From a bacterium (GTDB taxonomy: Bacteria > SAR324 > NAC60-12), in NCBI GenBank assembly GCA_965209155.1, contig OZ242383.1, forward strand, positions 3,744,001 to 3,808,000: a stretch of DNA of 64,000 nucleotides. The letters run 5' to 3'. The notes under the pieces were generated by a model. It was not told where the DNA came from and made no database searches. It saw only the letters and a program-made list of their open reading frames with translations. The translations under genes were made by a program, and so were the position numbers. Each line of letters starts with the position of its first letter. Position 1 is the first letter of the stretch. Positions 33,350-41,838 of the stretch are shown here, in pieces.

Positions 33350-34301
33350 ACCCAGGCAACAGAACCGGCTGATGGATTTCTTCATCAGGCTGCTCAAGGA
33401 AAAACCCCTCGGGATGCTCGGCGGAGTGATCATTGTGCTCTTGATCGGGGTCAGTCTCTTTGCCGATGCGCTGTCACCTCATCCTTATAATAAAACCCAC
33501 TTGAGAGACCGGATGCAGGAAGCCTCGGCCCAGTATCTCCTCGGCACCGACCACGTCGGGCGGGACTTGTTGAGCCGCCTGATTCATGGAGCGCGGATTT
33601 CCTTAGGAGTCGGTCTGGCCGCGACCACGCTCAATGTGCTCGTCGCGCTGTTAGTGGGCGGCGTATCCGGATTCCTTGGGGGAAAAGTGGACCTGGCCAT
33701 GCAGCGCCTGGTCGATGCCTGGATCGCCTTTCCGGGACTGCTGTTGTTGTTGACCATCATGTCCATCGTGGGACAAGGGTTGCTCCAGATCATCATGGTG
33801 CTGGGGATCGCCGGTGGGGTGGAAGGCTCCCGCGTCGTGCGGGGCGCGGTGATCGCCATTAAAGAGAATGATTACTTCCTGGCGGCGAAAGCCCTGGGCA
33901 GTCCCCTGCCCACCACCCTGAGGCGTCATGTGCTGCCCAATATCATGCCGCCCCTCATCATCATCTTCTCCATCAACATTGGTGCCGTCATCATGTCAGA
34001 GGCGGCACTGAGTTTCCTCGGCTTCGGACTGCCTCCGAACATTCCCAGTTGGGGTGGGATGCTCAGCCGGGAAGGACGGCTCTACATGGAGATGGCCCCC
34101 TGGCTGGCGCTCTGGCCCGGACTGTGCCTGACGATGGTCGTTTTCAGCCTCAACATGTTCGGTGATGCCATGCGCGACCTGATCGATCCCCGGTTGCGGG
34201 GTGGTGAGGGTAGTTACGGCGCAACGGCGAAACGCAAACGAAGCCTCCTGGCCCGTTTGCTCTCCCCATTCCATAATCAGGAACCACCTCTCCCAAGGTG
34301 A
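33342..34301 (+). CDS. ABC permease DppC-like (cassette 1)
   Basis: LGTDHVGRD, EAALSFLGFG, GDAMRD. Confidence 0.92.
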   Translation: MSEPRQQNRLMDFFIRLLKEKPLGMLGGVIIVLLIGVSLFADALSPHPYNKTHLRDRMQEASAQYLLGTDHVGRDLLSRLIHGARISLGVGLAATTLNVLVALLVGGVSGFLGGKVDLAMQRLVDAWIAFPGLLLLLTIMSIVGQGLLQIIMVLGIAGGVEGSRVVRGAVIAIKENDYFLAAKALGSPLPTTLRRHVLPNIMPPLIIIFSINIGAVIMSEAALSFLGFGLPPNIPSWGGMLSREGRLYMEMAPWLALWPGLCLTMVVFSLNMFGDAMRDLIDPRLRGGEGSYGATAKRKRSLLARLLSPFHNQEPPLPR

Positions 34302-34999
34302 TACTCTCTGCCAAACTCTTGCCATTTAATAGTTTTTAAATACGCTTTCTTCTTTTCAATCTGAATCGAATCTCGGGAAGGATCATAGTGGTAGTTGAGA
34401 TTGTAATTCAATTTCGGTTGGCTGAGTACAGCGATATGAAAAATATTAATGTTGCTTCCCGAACACCGGGCAGAAGGCGTAATAATTCCAGGATGCCCCT
34501 CTCGACTCAGACGTTTTCCGATGGTTTGCGTGAAGAGATAATCATTGGAGATCAAATCAGGAAACGATTTTTCTTTTCCTACAAAATCCAGCAACACTGC
34601 TTGGCAGAGCACCTGATACATGGCCCGGTAGGAAATCTGACTTTTGTTCATTCCGAAGGCTTGATAAAACTTGATGGTGTGATAGGCTGATTCGCAAATG
34701 GCTGTTTCTTCCTCAAGGCTTCCATACCAAACCCCAAAACTCCCATCGGAAAAACGCGATTGGTTCCAATTTTCCTTAACAAATGGACGCTCGACGGCTT
34801 CTGAATAATGAAAGGCGCGCGCAATCATACCCGAAGGAACCTCACTTTTTGCTCCCATTTCTGATTGAATGGCGACTTGATTCAACACGGGATCTCCTTC
34901 ATCCAGATCCTCAAAGACATTGATCGATGGAGAAGAGGAGATGATATTGCGATGGACATGACACTGGAGCCGCTTGGTCTGGGTTTCAAACAGGTCCAT
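34277..34999 (-). CDS. RES-domain toxin (NAD+ phosphorylase family)
   Basis: SRFSDGSFGVWYG, AICE, PSAR (R-E-S); coupled to upstream antitoxin. Confidence 0.85.
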   Translation of the reverse strand: MDLFETQTKRLQCHVHRNIISSSPSINVFEDLDEGDPVLNQVAIQSEMGAKSEVPSGMIARAFHYSEAVERPFVKENWNQSRFSDGSFGVWYGSLEEETAICESAYHTIKFYQAFGMNKSQISYRAMYQVLCQAVLLDFVGKEKSFPDLISNDYLFTQTIGKRLSREGHPGIITPSARCSGSNINIFHIAVLSQPKLNYNLNYHYDPSRDSIQIEKKKAYLKTIKWQEFGREYHLGRGGS

Positions 35000-35409
35000 T
35001 ATTGGCCACGATAAAAATCTAGAAAGCGCGCCACTTTGGCAACCCCAAACAGGCCTTGTTCTTTCATCACTTCTAAAGGCGTGTAATTATCCAGCAGCTG
35101 GTTACGTTGATGAATCCAATTTTGTTGGATCTCTTTGTCTTCCGGAAACAAGAGGACCAGGGACTTGTGAATGGACAACAGCAAACCGACTCGCTTGGAC
35201 AAATCCCTTCCCCTGGGTAACACCCCAGCTCCCTTACGGTACTTTGTAATCAGGGTGCGGCTCTTAGGAGACTGATCCAGCAAATTGAGTTGGCTTGCCT
35301 GGTCCAACTGCCAGAGTTGAAACAGATTCATAATCAATCTGGTTTGTGCCGCGCGATACTCATAATTTGAAAGAGGACGTCCTTCAGCATTTATAACAGA
35401 CTCCTGCAT
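34999..35409 (-). CDS. Xre/MbcA/ParS-type antitoxin
   Basis: C-terminal W..RN.LL...PLE motif; 1-nt overlap with RES gene. Confidence 0.82.
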   Translation of the reverse strand: MQESVINAEGRPLSNYEYRAAQTRLIMNLFQLWQLDQASQLNLLDQSPKSRTLITKYRKGAGVLPRGRDLSKRVGLLLSIHKSLVLLFPEDKEIQQNWIHQRNQLLDNYTPLEVMKEQGLFGVAKVARFLDFYRGQ

Positions 35410-35516
35410 GATTTCTTCCCATTTTAAGTTTACATATATTTATTGTATGACTATATCTAAACCTACCAAGAGATTAGAGAGAAATCAAGCTTCTTGATAT
35501 TTATATTTCATTTAAT

Positions 35517-36078
35517 TAATCTCATTAAACCACCAGCTCTGCTGGTGCGAACCTAATAGGCTTTGCCGGTCAGACATGAGAAAAGTATCCGTGTCCGTTA
35601 GCCGTGCTCGTGCTCGTGAACGGTCAGTGAATTCGACGGCACATTTTGGTTAACATAGAAACAATGCGATGAAGTAACTGTTTCCCTTCGTCAAATAAAG
35701 GAGGCTGGATGATCTTCAACACGTTTAAAACATCGAGAATAGCAGCGCATTCCATTGCGGAACCTCGGGCAAATGCATAGAATCGTTGCTTGTCAGCAAA
35801 GGAATTTTTTCCACAGCCTTCTGCGATATTGAGAGGAATCGACCATGAGGCCCTTTTCAGTTGGTCAACTAAGGCTGAGTATCCTTTTGGCAATGTTTCG
35901 ATGACTTGGACAGATAACGCTAAAAATTCGATGGAACATTGGTATACATCGAGTTTTTCATGATTTAACATGGCAGCCTTTTTCGTTCACGAGCACGAGC
36001 ACGTCTTACGATGACGAACACGTTTTGCCCTCATACTGGGGGCCTCTTCAAGCCACCGGCTCTGCCGGTGGTGATGAC
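35517..36078 (+). mobile_element. non-autonomous IS200/IS605-like element carrying a four-helix-bundle gene, copy 1
   Basis: near-identical to 60075-60636 (7 substitutions counted); subterminal hairpins CACCAGC-TCT-GCTGGTG (35531-35547) and CCACCGGC-TCT-GCCGGTGG (36053-36071); ends TGAC; no TIR/TSD; left end 35517 or 35520. Confidence 0.8.
35624..35971 (-). CDS. four helix bundle protein (23S rRNA IVP / Avd-like family)
   Basis: EKLDVYQ, DQLKRASWSIPLNIAEG, ARGSAMEC motifs. Confidence 0.9.
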   Translation of the reverse strand: MLNHEKLDVYQCSIEFLALSVQVIETLPKGYSALVDQLKRASWSIPLNIAEGCGKNSFADKQRFYAFARGSAMECAAILDVLNVLKIIQPPLFDEGKQLLHRIVSMLTKMCRRIH

Positions 36079-36079
36079 T

Positions 36080-36235
36080 TTTTTTGCAAATCCTGCATTT
36101 TTTTACATTTGGGGGTTGACCTTACGCAAAAAAATATATATTGCTACAATCATGCCTTCACTAAGTTGTTTTAGTGAACTAGAGAGGGTTCCCGAATTGG
36201 AAGGGCAAGGGGGAATTGGAAAATCATGATCCCTG
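36080..36235 (+). repeat. leader type B, copy 1 (homologous to ~47726-47881), with promoter and hairpin
   Basis: GGGGGTTGAC -35 region, TTCACTAA-GTTGTT-TTAGTGAA hairpin, GAGGGTTCCCGA shared with cassette 4. Confidence 0.7.
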
Positions 36236-36412
36236 TCCTTGTTTCGTTCATTTTAGTAAGGAGAATCCAATGTGGAATTCACGTAAGCAGAAATTGAATT
36301 TTTATTCTTTCAATTTAATAAAAATAAAGGAGGACGTATGTCTATAAAAAAACGAAGGTACGCATGTTTCAAATCAATCCTTAATTTAAAACTTCAAATC
36401 GAAAGGGAAAAG

Positions 36413-38215
36413 ATGGATCAACAAAAAAGCAAATCAACATTGAATGCAATCTTGCTGTCCCTCATCCTGATGGTAGCCGCCCTCGGGGTCAGTCCGGCTG
36501 CCGTGGCTGCCGAGAAAGAGATGGTGACGGACCCCACCACCGGAAAAATGGTGACCGCGCCTGAATATGGCGGGACAATAACCTATGGCTGGGGTGGAAG
36601 AGTAGGCGAGATTACAGACCCATTCTTCAATGGACTCGAAGCAGGCTGGCTCATCAACGGTGTCAATGAGAGGCTCGGCTACGGGAACTGGGCACTGGAT
36701 CGGAACACATTTGACTTGAGAGATGAATTAGTCCCCATGTTTGCATACACGGGGAACCTGGCGGAAAGCTGGGAAACGCCCGACCCGCTAACGTATGTTT
36801 TCCACATTCGTCAGGGCATTCGCTACGCCCTGAATCCGGACAGTGAGGCCAGCCGCCTCGTAAACAATCGGGAGTTTACCGCCGATGATGTCGTATTTAC
36901 CTATCAGCGCAACTTGGGCCTGGGTGACTTCACCGAACGTACCGAGCGACTTGGTACGGCTCACAAATTGCCATGGGCATCGGTAGATGCCACAGACAAA
37001 TATACGGTTGTGATGAAAATGACCAAACCGGTCGTCGGTGGGTTACACACTATCCTGGAATCAGTTCAGGATTGGATAATACCCTCCGAGGTAGTCGAAC
37101 GATACGGTGACTATAAGGATTGGCAGAACGTGGTCGGCACGGGGCCGTGGATGCTGACCGACTACGTCGAAGGCGCATCCAAAACCTTTATCAAGAATCC
37201 TGACTATTGGGGCTTCGACGAGAAATATCCGGAGAACCGACTGCCTTACGCCGACGAGATGAGAGCCCCGTTAATGTCAGAAGAGGCAACACGTATCTCA
37301 GCGCTGCGCACGGGCAAACTGGATATCGTAGGAAATGTTGGCGTCGTTAGCGTTGCCAGTGTCGATGTTGTCAGGAGCATCCAGAGGACCGACCCCGAAA
37401 TTCAGATATCGTCATATTTCCTTCGGGCGCTTCAATCTTTTGCCATGAACATTCGTAACGCTCCCTTTGACGACATCCGGGTGCGCCACGCGCTGCAAAT
37501 GGCACTGGACCTGGAGACGATTAACGAGACCTACTACAATGGTTTTGCAAGCTGGATCCCCATGGGGTTGATCCGCGTCCCGGAGTATCACAGCCCGTTT
37601 GAAGAGTGGCCCGAAGAAATCAAGCAATACTATAGGTATGACCCGCAAGGTGCAGAGAGGCTCCTCGATGAGGCCGGCCACCCGCGCGGCGCGGATGGCA
37701 TTCGATTCAAGACCACCCTCCAGCACCGCGACGTCATCGATTTGGGCTACACAGAAATTGCTGTGGGCTTCTGGGCTGAAATTGGCGTTGATGTAACGAT
37801 TGATATCATTGACACGGCGGCCTTGATCGCCAATAGAACAGACGCAAGTTATGAGATGATCACTGGCGACCTTGCGTTTTTGTTGGACCCTGCCATAGGT
37901 GTGGGCTTCTATCGCCCCAACCAGCACGTCTATGCGTTGACGGGCGGAGTCCAGACTCCTGAGCTGACCGCCGCCTTTGATGCCTTTTTTGCCGCGACGA
38001 CCGTCGAGGAGCAGAAGAAAGCAGCTATAGAGTTTGATATGGCCATAGTGAAGCAGCACAATCAGGTATGGGGCCCTCTGGCTCCACAGTTTCAGTTGAG
38101 CCAGCCGTGGCTCAAAGGCTTCAACGGTGAAGTCGGGCTGGGATCTATAAGCGGTCACACCTTGATGGCCCGGCTTTGGATTGACCAGGATCTGAAGCGA
38201 GAAATGGGATTCTGA
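36413..38215 (+). CDS. ABC substrate-binding protein family 5 (cassette 2)
   Basis: signal peptide; PEYGGTIT, KNPDYWGFDEKYPENRLPY; start 36413 or 36338. Confidence 0.9.
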   Translation: MDQQKSKSTLNAILLSLILMVAALGVSPAAVAAEKEMVTDPTTGKMVTAPEYGGTITYGWGGRVGEITDPFFNGLEAGWLINGVNERLGYGNWALDRNTFDLRDELVPMFAYTGNLAESWETPDPLTYVFHIRQGIRYALNPDSEASRLVNNREFTADDVVFTYQRNLGLGDFTERTERLGTAHKLPWASVDATDKYTVVMKMTKPVVGGLHTILESVQDWIIPSEVVERYGDYKDWQNVVGTGPWMLTDYVEGASKTFIKNPDYWGFDEKYPENRLPYADEMRAPLMSEEATRISALRTGKLDIVGNVGVVSVASVDVVRSIQRTDPEIQISSYFLRALQSFAMNIRNAPFDDIRVRHALQMALDLETINETYYNGFASWIPMGLIRVPEYHSPFEEWPEEIKQYYRYDPQGAERLLDEAGHPRGADGIRFKTTLQHRDVIDLGYTEIAVGFWAEIGVDVTIDIIDTAALIANRTDASYEMITGDLAFLLDPAIGVGFYRPNQHVYALTGGVQTPELTAAFDAFFAATTVEEQKKAAIEFDMAIVKQHNQVWGPLAPQFQLSQPWLKGFNGEVGLGSISGHTLMARLWIDQDLKREMGF

Positions 38216-38268
38216 GCAAGAACGCCGGGAGCCTCGAGCTCCTCCGCGCTCATTGACCACGAAGAGAT

Positions 38269-39225
38269 ATGAGAGCTTACATCATCCGGCGTCTGTTGTT
38301 GTTCGTCCCCACCTTGTTCATCTTGAGCGTGCTGGTATTCCTGTCGGTACGCTTCATTCCCGGCGACGTCATCGACAACATGGTCGGTCGTATGGATTAC
38401 GCCGGCGGTGAGCTCGACCGCGCGGCCATGGAACGTAGGCTCGGCTTGGACCTGCCGGTCCACGTGCAGTATGGACGCTGGATCGGTAGCATCCTCCTGC
38501 ACGGCAGCCTGGGCGAATCCCTGATGGGAGGTTGGCGGATCGAGGAGCGGATATTCGATCGTTTGCCTGTCACCCTGGAGTTGGGCGTCATGGCCATTCT
38601 CATCGGACTGGTCGTCGCACTGCCCGTCGGTATTTACTCGGCGATTCGCCAGGATACGGTCGCGGACTACGCGGGTCGCATCCTCGCGATCCTCGGCCTG
38701 GCCACGCCGAACTTTTGGTTGGGCACCATGGTGATGATCTACCCGGCCATCTGGTGGGCCTGGTCGCCCCCGATGGAACTGGTACCTTTTGCCGAAGACA
38801 TGTGGAGTCACCTGGGGATCCTGGTCATTCCCAGCCTGATTCTGGGGACGGCCCTCTCGGCCAGCACAATGCGCCTGACGCGCACCATGATGCTGGAAGT
38901 ATTGCGGCAGGACTATATCCGCACCGCTTGGGCCAAGGGACTTAAGGAGCGGGTCGTCGTGCTGAGACACGCCATCAAAAATGCCCTCATCCCGGTCGTC
39001 ACCCTGGTCGGCTTGCAGTTACCGCTTGTGGTCGGGGGCGCAGTTATCATGGAGAACCTCTTTAACCTGCCGGGCCTGGGCCGGCTCCTGGTCGAGTCCC
39101 TCTCAGAACGGGATTACCCGGTGGTCTCCGGGGTCAACCTGTTTTTCGCCTGCATCGTTTTGTTGAACAACCTCCTGATCGACCTCCTTTATGCCTATCT
39201 GGACCCGAGAGTGCGATATGAGTGA
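38269..39225 (+). CDS. ABC permease DppB-like (cassette 2)
   Basis: close paralog of 32390-33349. Confidence 0.92.
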   Translation: MRAYIIRRLLLFVPTLFILSVLVFLSVRFIPGDVIDNMVGRMDYAGGELDRAAMERRLGLDLPVHVQYGRWIGSILLHGSLGESLMGGWRIEERIFDRLPVTLELGVMAILIGLVVALPVGIYSAIRQDTVADYAGRILAILGLATPNFWLGTMVMIYPAIWWAWSPPMELVPFAEDMWSHLGILVIPSLILGTALSASTMRLTRTMMLEVLRQDYIRTAWAKGLKERVVVLRHAIKNALIPVVTLVGLQLPLVVGGAVIMENLFNLPGLGRLLVESLSERDYPVVSGVNLFFACIVLLNNLLIDLLYAYLDPRVRYE

Positions 39226-40177
39226 ACCCAGGCAACAGAACCGGCTGATGGATTTCTTCATCAGGCTGCTCAAGGAGAAACCCCTCGGGATGCTCGGCGG
39301 AGTGATCATTGTGCTCTTGATCGGGGTCAGTCTCTTTGCCGATGCGCTGGCGCCTCATCCTTATAATAAAACCCACTTGAGAGACCGGATGCAGGAGGCC
39401 TCGGCCCAGTATCTCCTCGGCACCGACCACGTCGGGCGGGACTTGTTGAGCCGCCTGATTCACGGGGCGCGGATTTCCTTAGGAGTCGGTCTGGCGGCAA
39501 CCACGCTCAATGTGCTCGTTGCGCTGCTGGTCGGAGGCGTTTCCGGATTCCTGGGGGGAAAAGTGGACCTGGTCATGCAGCGCCTGGTCGATGCCTGGAT
39601 CGCCTTTCCGGGACTGCTGTTGTTGTTGACCATCATGTCCATCGTGGGACAAGGGTTGCTCCAGATCATCATGGTGCTGGGGATCGCCGGTGGGGTGGAA
39701 GGCTCCCGCGTCGTGCGGGGTGCCGTAATCGCCATTAAAGAGAATGATTACTTTCTGGCGGCGAAAGCCCTGGGCAGTCCCCTGCCCACCACCCTGAGGC
39801 GTCATGTGCTGCCCAATATCATGCCGCCCCTCATCATCATCTTCTCCATCAACATTGGTGCCGTCATCATGTCAGAGGCGGCATTGAGTTTCCTCGGCTT
39901 CGGTCTGCCCCCAAACATTCCCAGTTGGGGAGGGATGCTCAGCCGGGAAGGACGACTCTACATGGAGATGGCCCCCTGGCTGGCGCTCTGGCCGGGGCTG
40001 TGCCTGACGATGGTCGTTTTCAGCCTCAACATGTTCGGAGACGCCATGCGGGACCTGCTCGATCCCCGGCTGCGGGGCGGGGAGGGCAGTTTCGGCACCG
40101 CAAAGAAACGCAAACGAGGATTCCTCTCCCGTTTGCTCTCCCCATTCCATCATCAGGAACCACCTCTCCCAAGGTGA
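39218..40177 (+). CDS. ABC permease DppC-like (cassette 2)
   Basis: near-identical protein to 33342-34301. Confidence 0.92.
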   Translation: MSEPRQQNRLMDFFIRLLKEKPLGMLGGVIIVLLIGVSLFADALAPHPYNKTHLRDRMQEASAQYLLGTDHVGRDLLSRLIHGARISLGVGLAATTLNVLVALLVGGVSGFLGGKVDLVMQRLVDAWIAFPGLLLLLTIMSIVGQGLLQIIMVLGIAGGVEGSRVVRGAVIAIKENDYFLAAKALGSPLPTTLRRHVLPNIMPPLIIIFSINIGAVIMSEAALSFLGFGLPPNIPSWGGMLSREGRLYMEMAPWLALWPGLCLTMVVFSLNMFGDAMRDLLDPRLRGGEGSFGTAKKRKRGFLSRLLSPFHHQEPPLPR

Positions 40178-40332
40178 TACTCTCTGCCAAACTCTTGCCA
40201 TTTAATAGTTTTTAATTACGCTTTCTTCGCATCCGCTTATTGGTCAACGCCTGCTACTGCGTCCGGCATTTCCGTAGTCAGGAAAACTTTCAGGGCTGAT
40301 CAGTTTATTTCAGGGTTGAAGAACAGAGGGCA

Positions 40333-40764
40333 CTAACCAGGAGTTTCTTGCGCAGGGTCAAAAAATCGATCAAAACCTTTTTTCTTCAACCCTTTCTTGA
40401 GAGTTTTATCACCTGTCCATATCAGTCCGTCCAACTCCAGAGTGAGGGCTACATGAGGCGTATCTTTCTCATCAATCTCCTGACAAAGTTCAAAAGCCTT
40501 CTTCCAATGATTTGCCCCAATCAATTCTTCCTTAGATAGATTCAGTCGTTTCGTCAGTAAATAGAGGAGCTGTATGGTCTCTTCTTCTGATAATTGGCTG
40601 AATTGGATGATCGTTTCTTTATGTTTAAACAATTCTACAAAAACCAACTCGCAAATAAAGAAGGAAAATTCTTTATTGAAAAGGGTTTGAACAAAGTGAG
40701 AGTCAGAACGCAGGAGGGAAGAAAATAAAATATTCGTATCGACTATGATTGGTGTTTTTATCAA
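40333..40764 (-). CDS. PIN-domain toxin
   Basis: IIVDTNILFS, EL, DEKDTPHVAL, WTGDK acidic PIN tetrad. Confidence 0.85.
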   Translation of the reverse strand: MIKTPIIVDTNILFSSLLRSDSHFVQTLFNKEFSFFICELVFVELFKHKETIIQFSQLSEEETIQLLYLLTKRLNLSKEELIGANHWKKAFELCQEIDEKDTPHVALTLELDGLIWTGDKTLKKGLKKKGFDRFFDPAQETPG

Positions 40765-40985
40765 CTTTTGATCCCTGTTATTTTTTTAAGACTTTGCCAG
40801 ACCTGTTGATCTACTACCTCAGCCAGGGAATCCACTTGGTTTTCCGTCAGGGCACTTCGACTTTTGATCGACTCTATTTGCAAATAATCTAGAAGATCTG
40901 TCAAGGCTTCTTTACTGACAGAATCTTTGGGAAGACGAATCACAATATCCTGATTTTCATAAGCGATTTGATACATGTCTTTCAT
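40761..40985 (-). CDS. putative antitoxin of the PIN toxin
   Basis: 74 aa, 4-nt overlap upstream of the PIN gene. Confidence 0.65.
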   Translation of the reverse strand: MKDMYQIAYENQDIVIRLPKDSVSKEALTDLLDYLQIESIKSRSALTENQVDSLAEVVDQQVWQSLKKITGIKS

Positions 40986-41171
40986 AAAAATCCCCTTGTT
41001 TTATCTAAATTTATAGTGTCAAAACTTTCAAGAATCCCCTTCATTTTGTCGACCAAAGCACTGTTCTGGTAAAGACAGTCTGAAGGTTGCGTACCACAGC
41101 CTCACTTTGGATTATCTTCTTTTGCAAATTATCATATCAATGCATAAGATAAAAGCACGGTCTTCACAAAA

Positions 41172-41287
41172 GCGGATTTCCTGATCCGGTTGCTCAAGGA
41201 GAAACCCCTGGGGATGGCCTGCAGGGTGATCGTCTTGCTCTTGATTGTTGTGGCCATCTTTATCGATGCGCTGGCGCCTCATCCTTG
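41172..41287 (+). pseudogene. remnant of a DppC-like permease 5' end
   Basis: GATTTCCTGATCCGGTTGCTCAAGGAGAAACCCCTGGGGATG...GATGCGCTGGCGCCTCATCCTT matches 39250-39362. Confidence 0.75.
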
Positions 41288-41838
41288 GATACGGATTTGG
41301 GAGTCTCTTAATTATCTTTTTTAGAGCTACTTGCTTTCCATTCTCATTCTTCCGAGGTTTCCTCCCGGCCTGCGCGCTCCTCTCCAAAGCCAAAATGCGT
41401 CGCAACATATGTCCTGAAACAGATCAGAAAAATAAATCAAAAAAAAATATACCAGTATCCTCAATAATATTAGTGACTTGCATTTCAACTCAAAAAAAAA
41501 ATAAAAAAATTCAGATAAAATACTTGAAATATATATTGCACCTATTGTACCATTGAATTTCCTGCGGAAAAAGGGAAGTGAATCAAGTATTTTGAAAGCA
41601 ATTCCTCGTTCCCGGGAATCGTTTTTGTCTCATTCGTGCGGTTAAGCGCACGTTCTTTCATTGCTCTTTCATTATAAAGGTATGCATGGATATTAAACAA
41701 ATTCTCACCCCTATCCCGGGGTTAAACCTGGCAGACGTTGTGTCTGCTGTACAAAAACTTGTCCTCCCAAAAGCGGGGACCCGATTCGCTCAATGGTATA
41801 GCGAATCTTCTTATTTCATCTCGAGTGTAGGAGGAATC

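Noticed and set aside
36011..36229. ORFs starting MTNTFCPHTGG (also at 60569)
   Set aside because: They begin inside the element's right end and run into unrelated flanks; only the downstream part of the 60569 ORF is the tail of the interrupted lipoprotein
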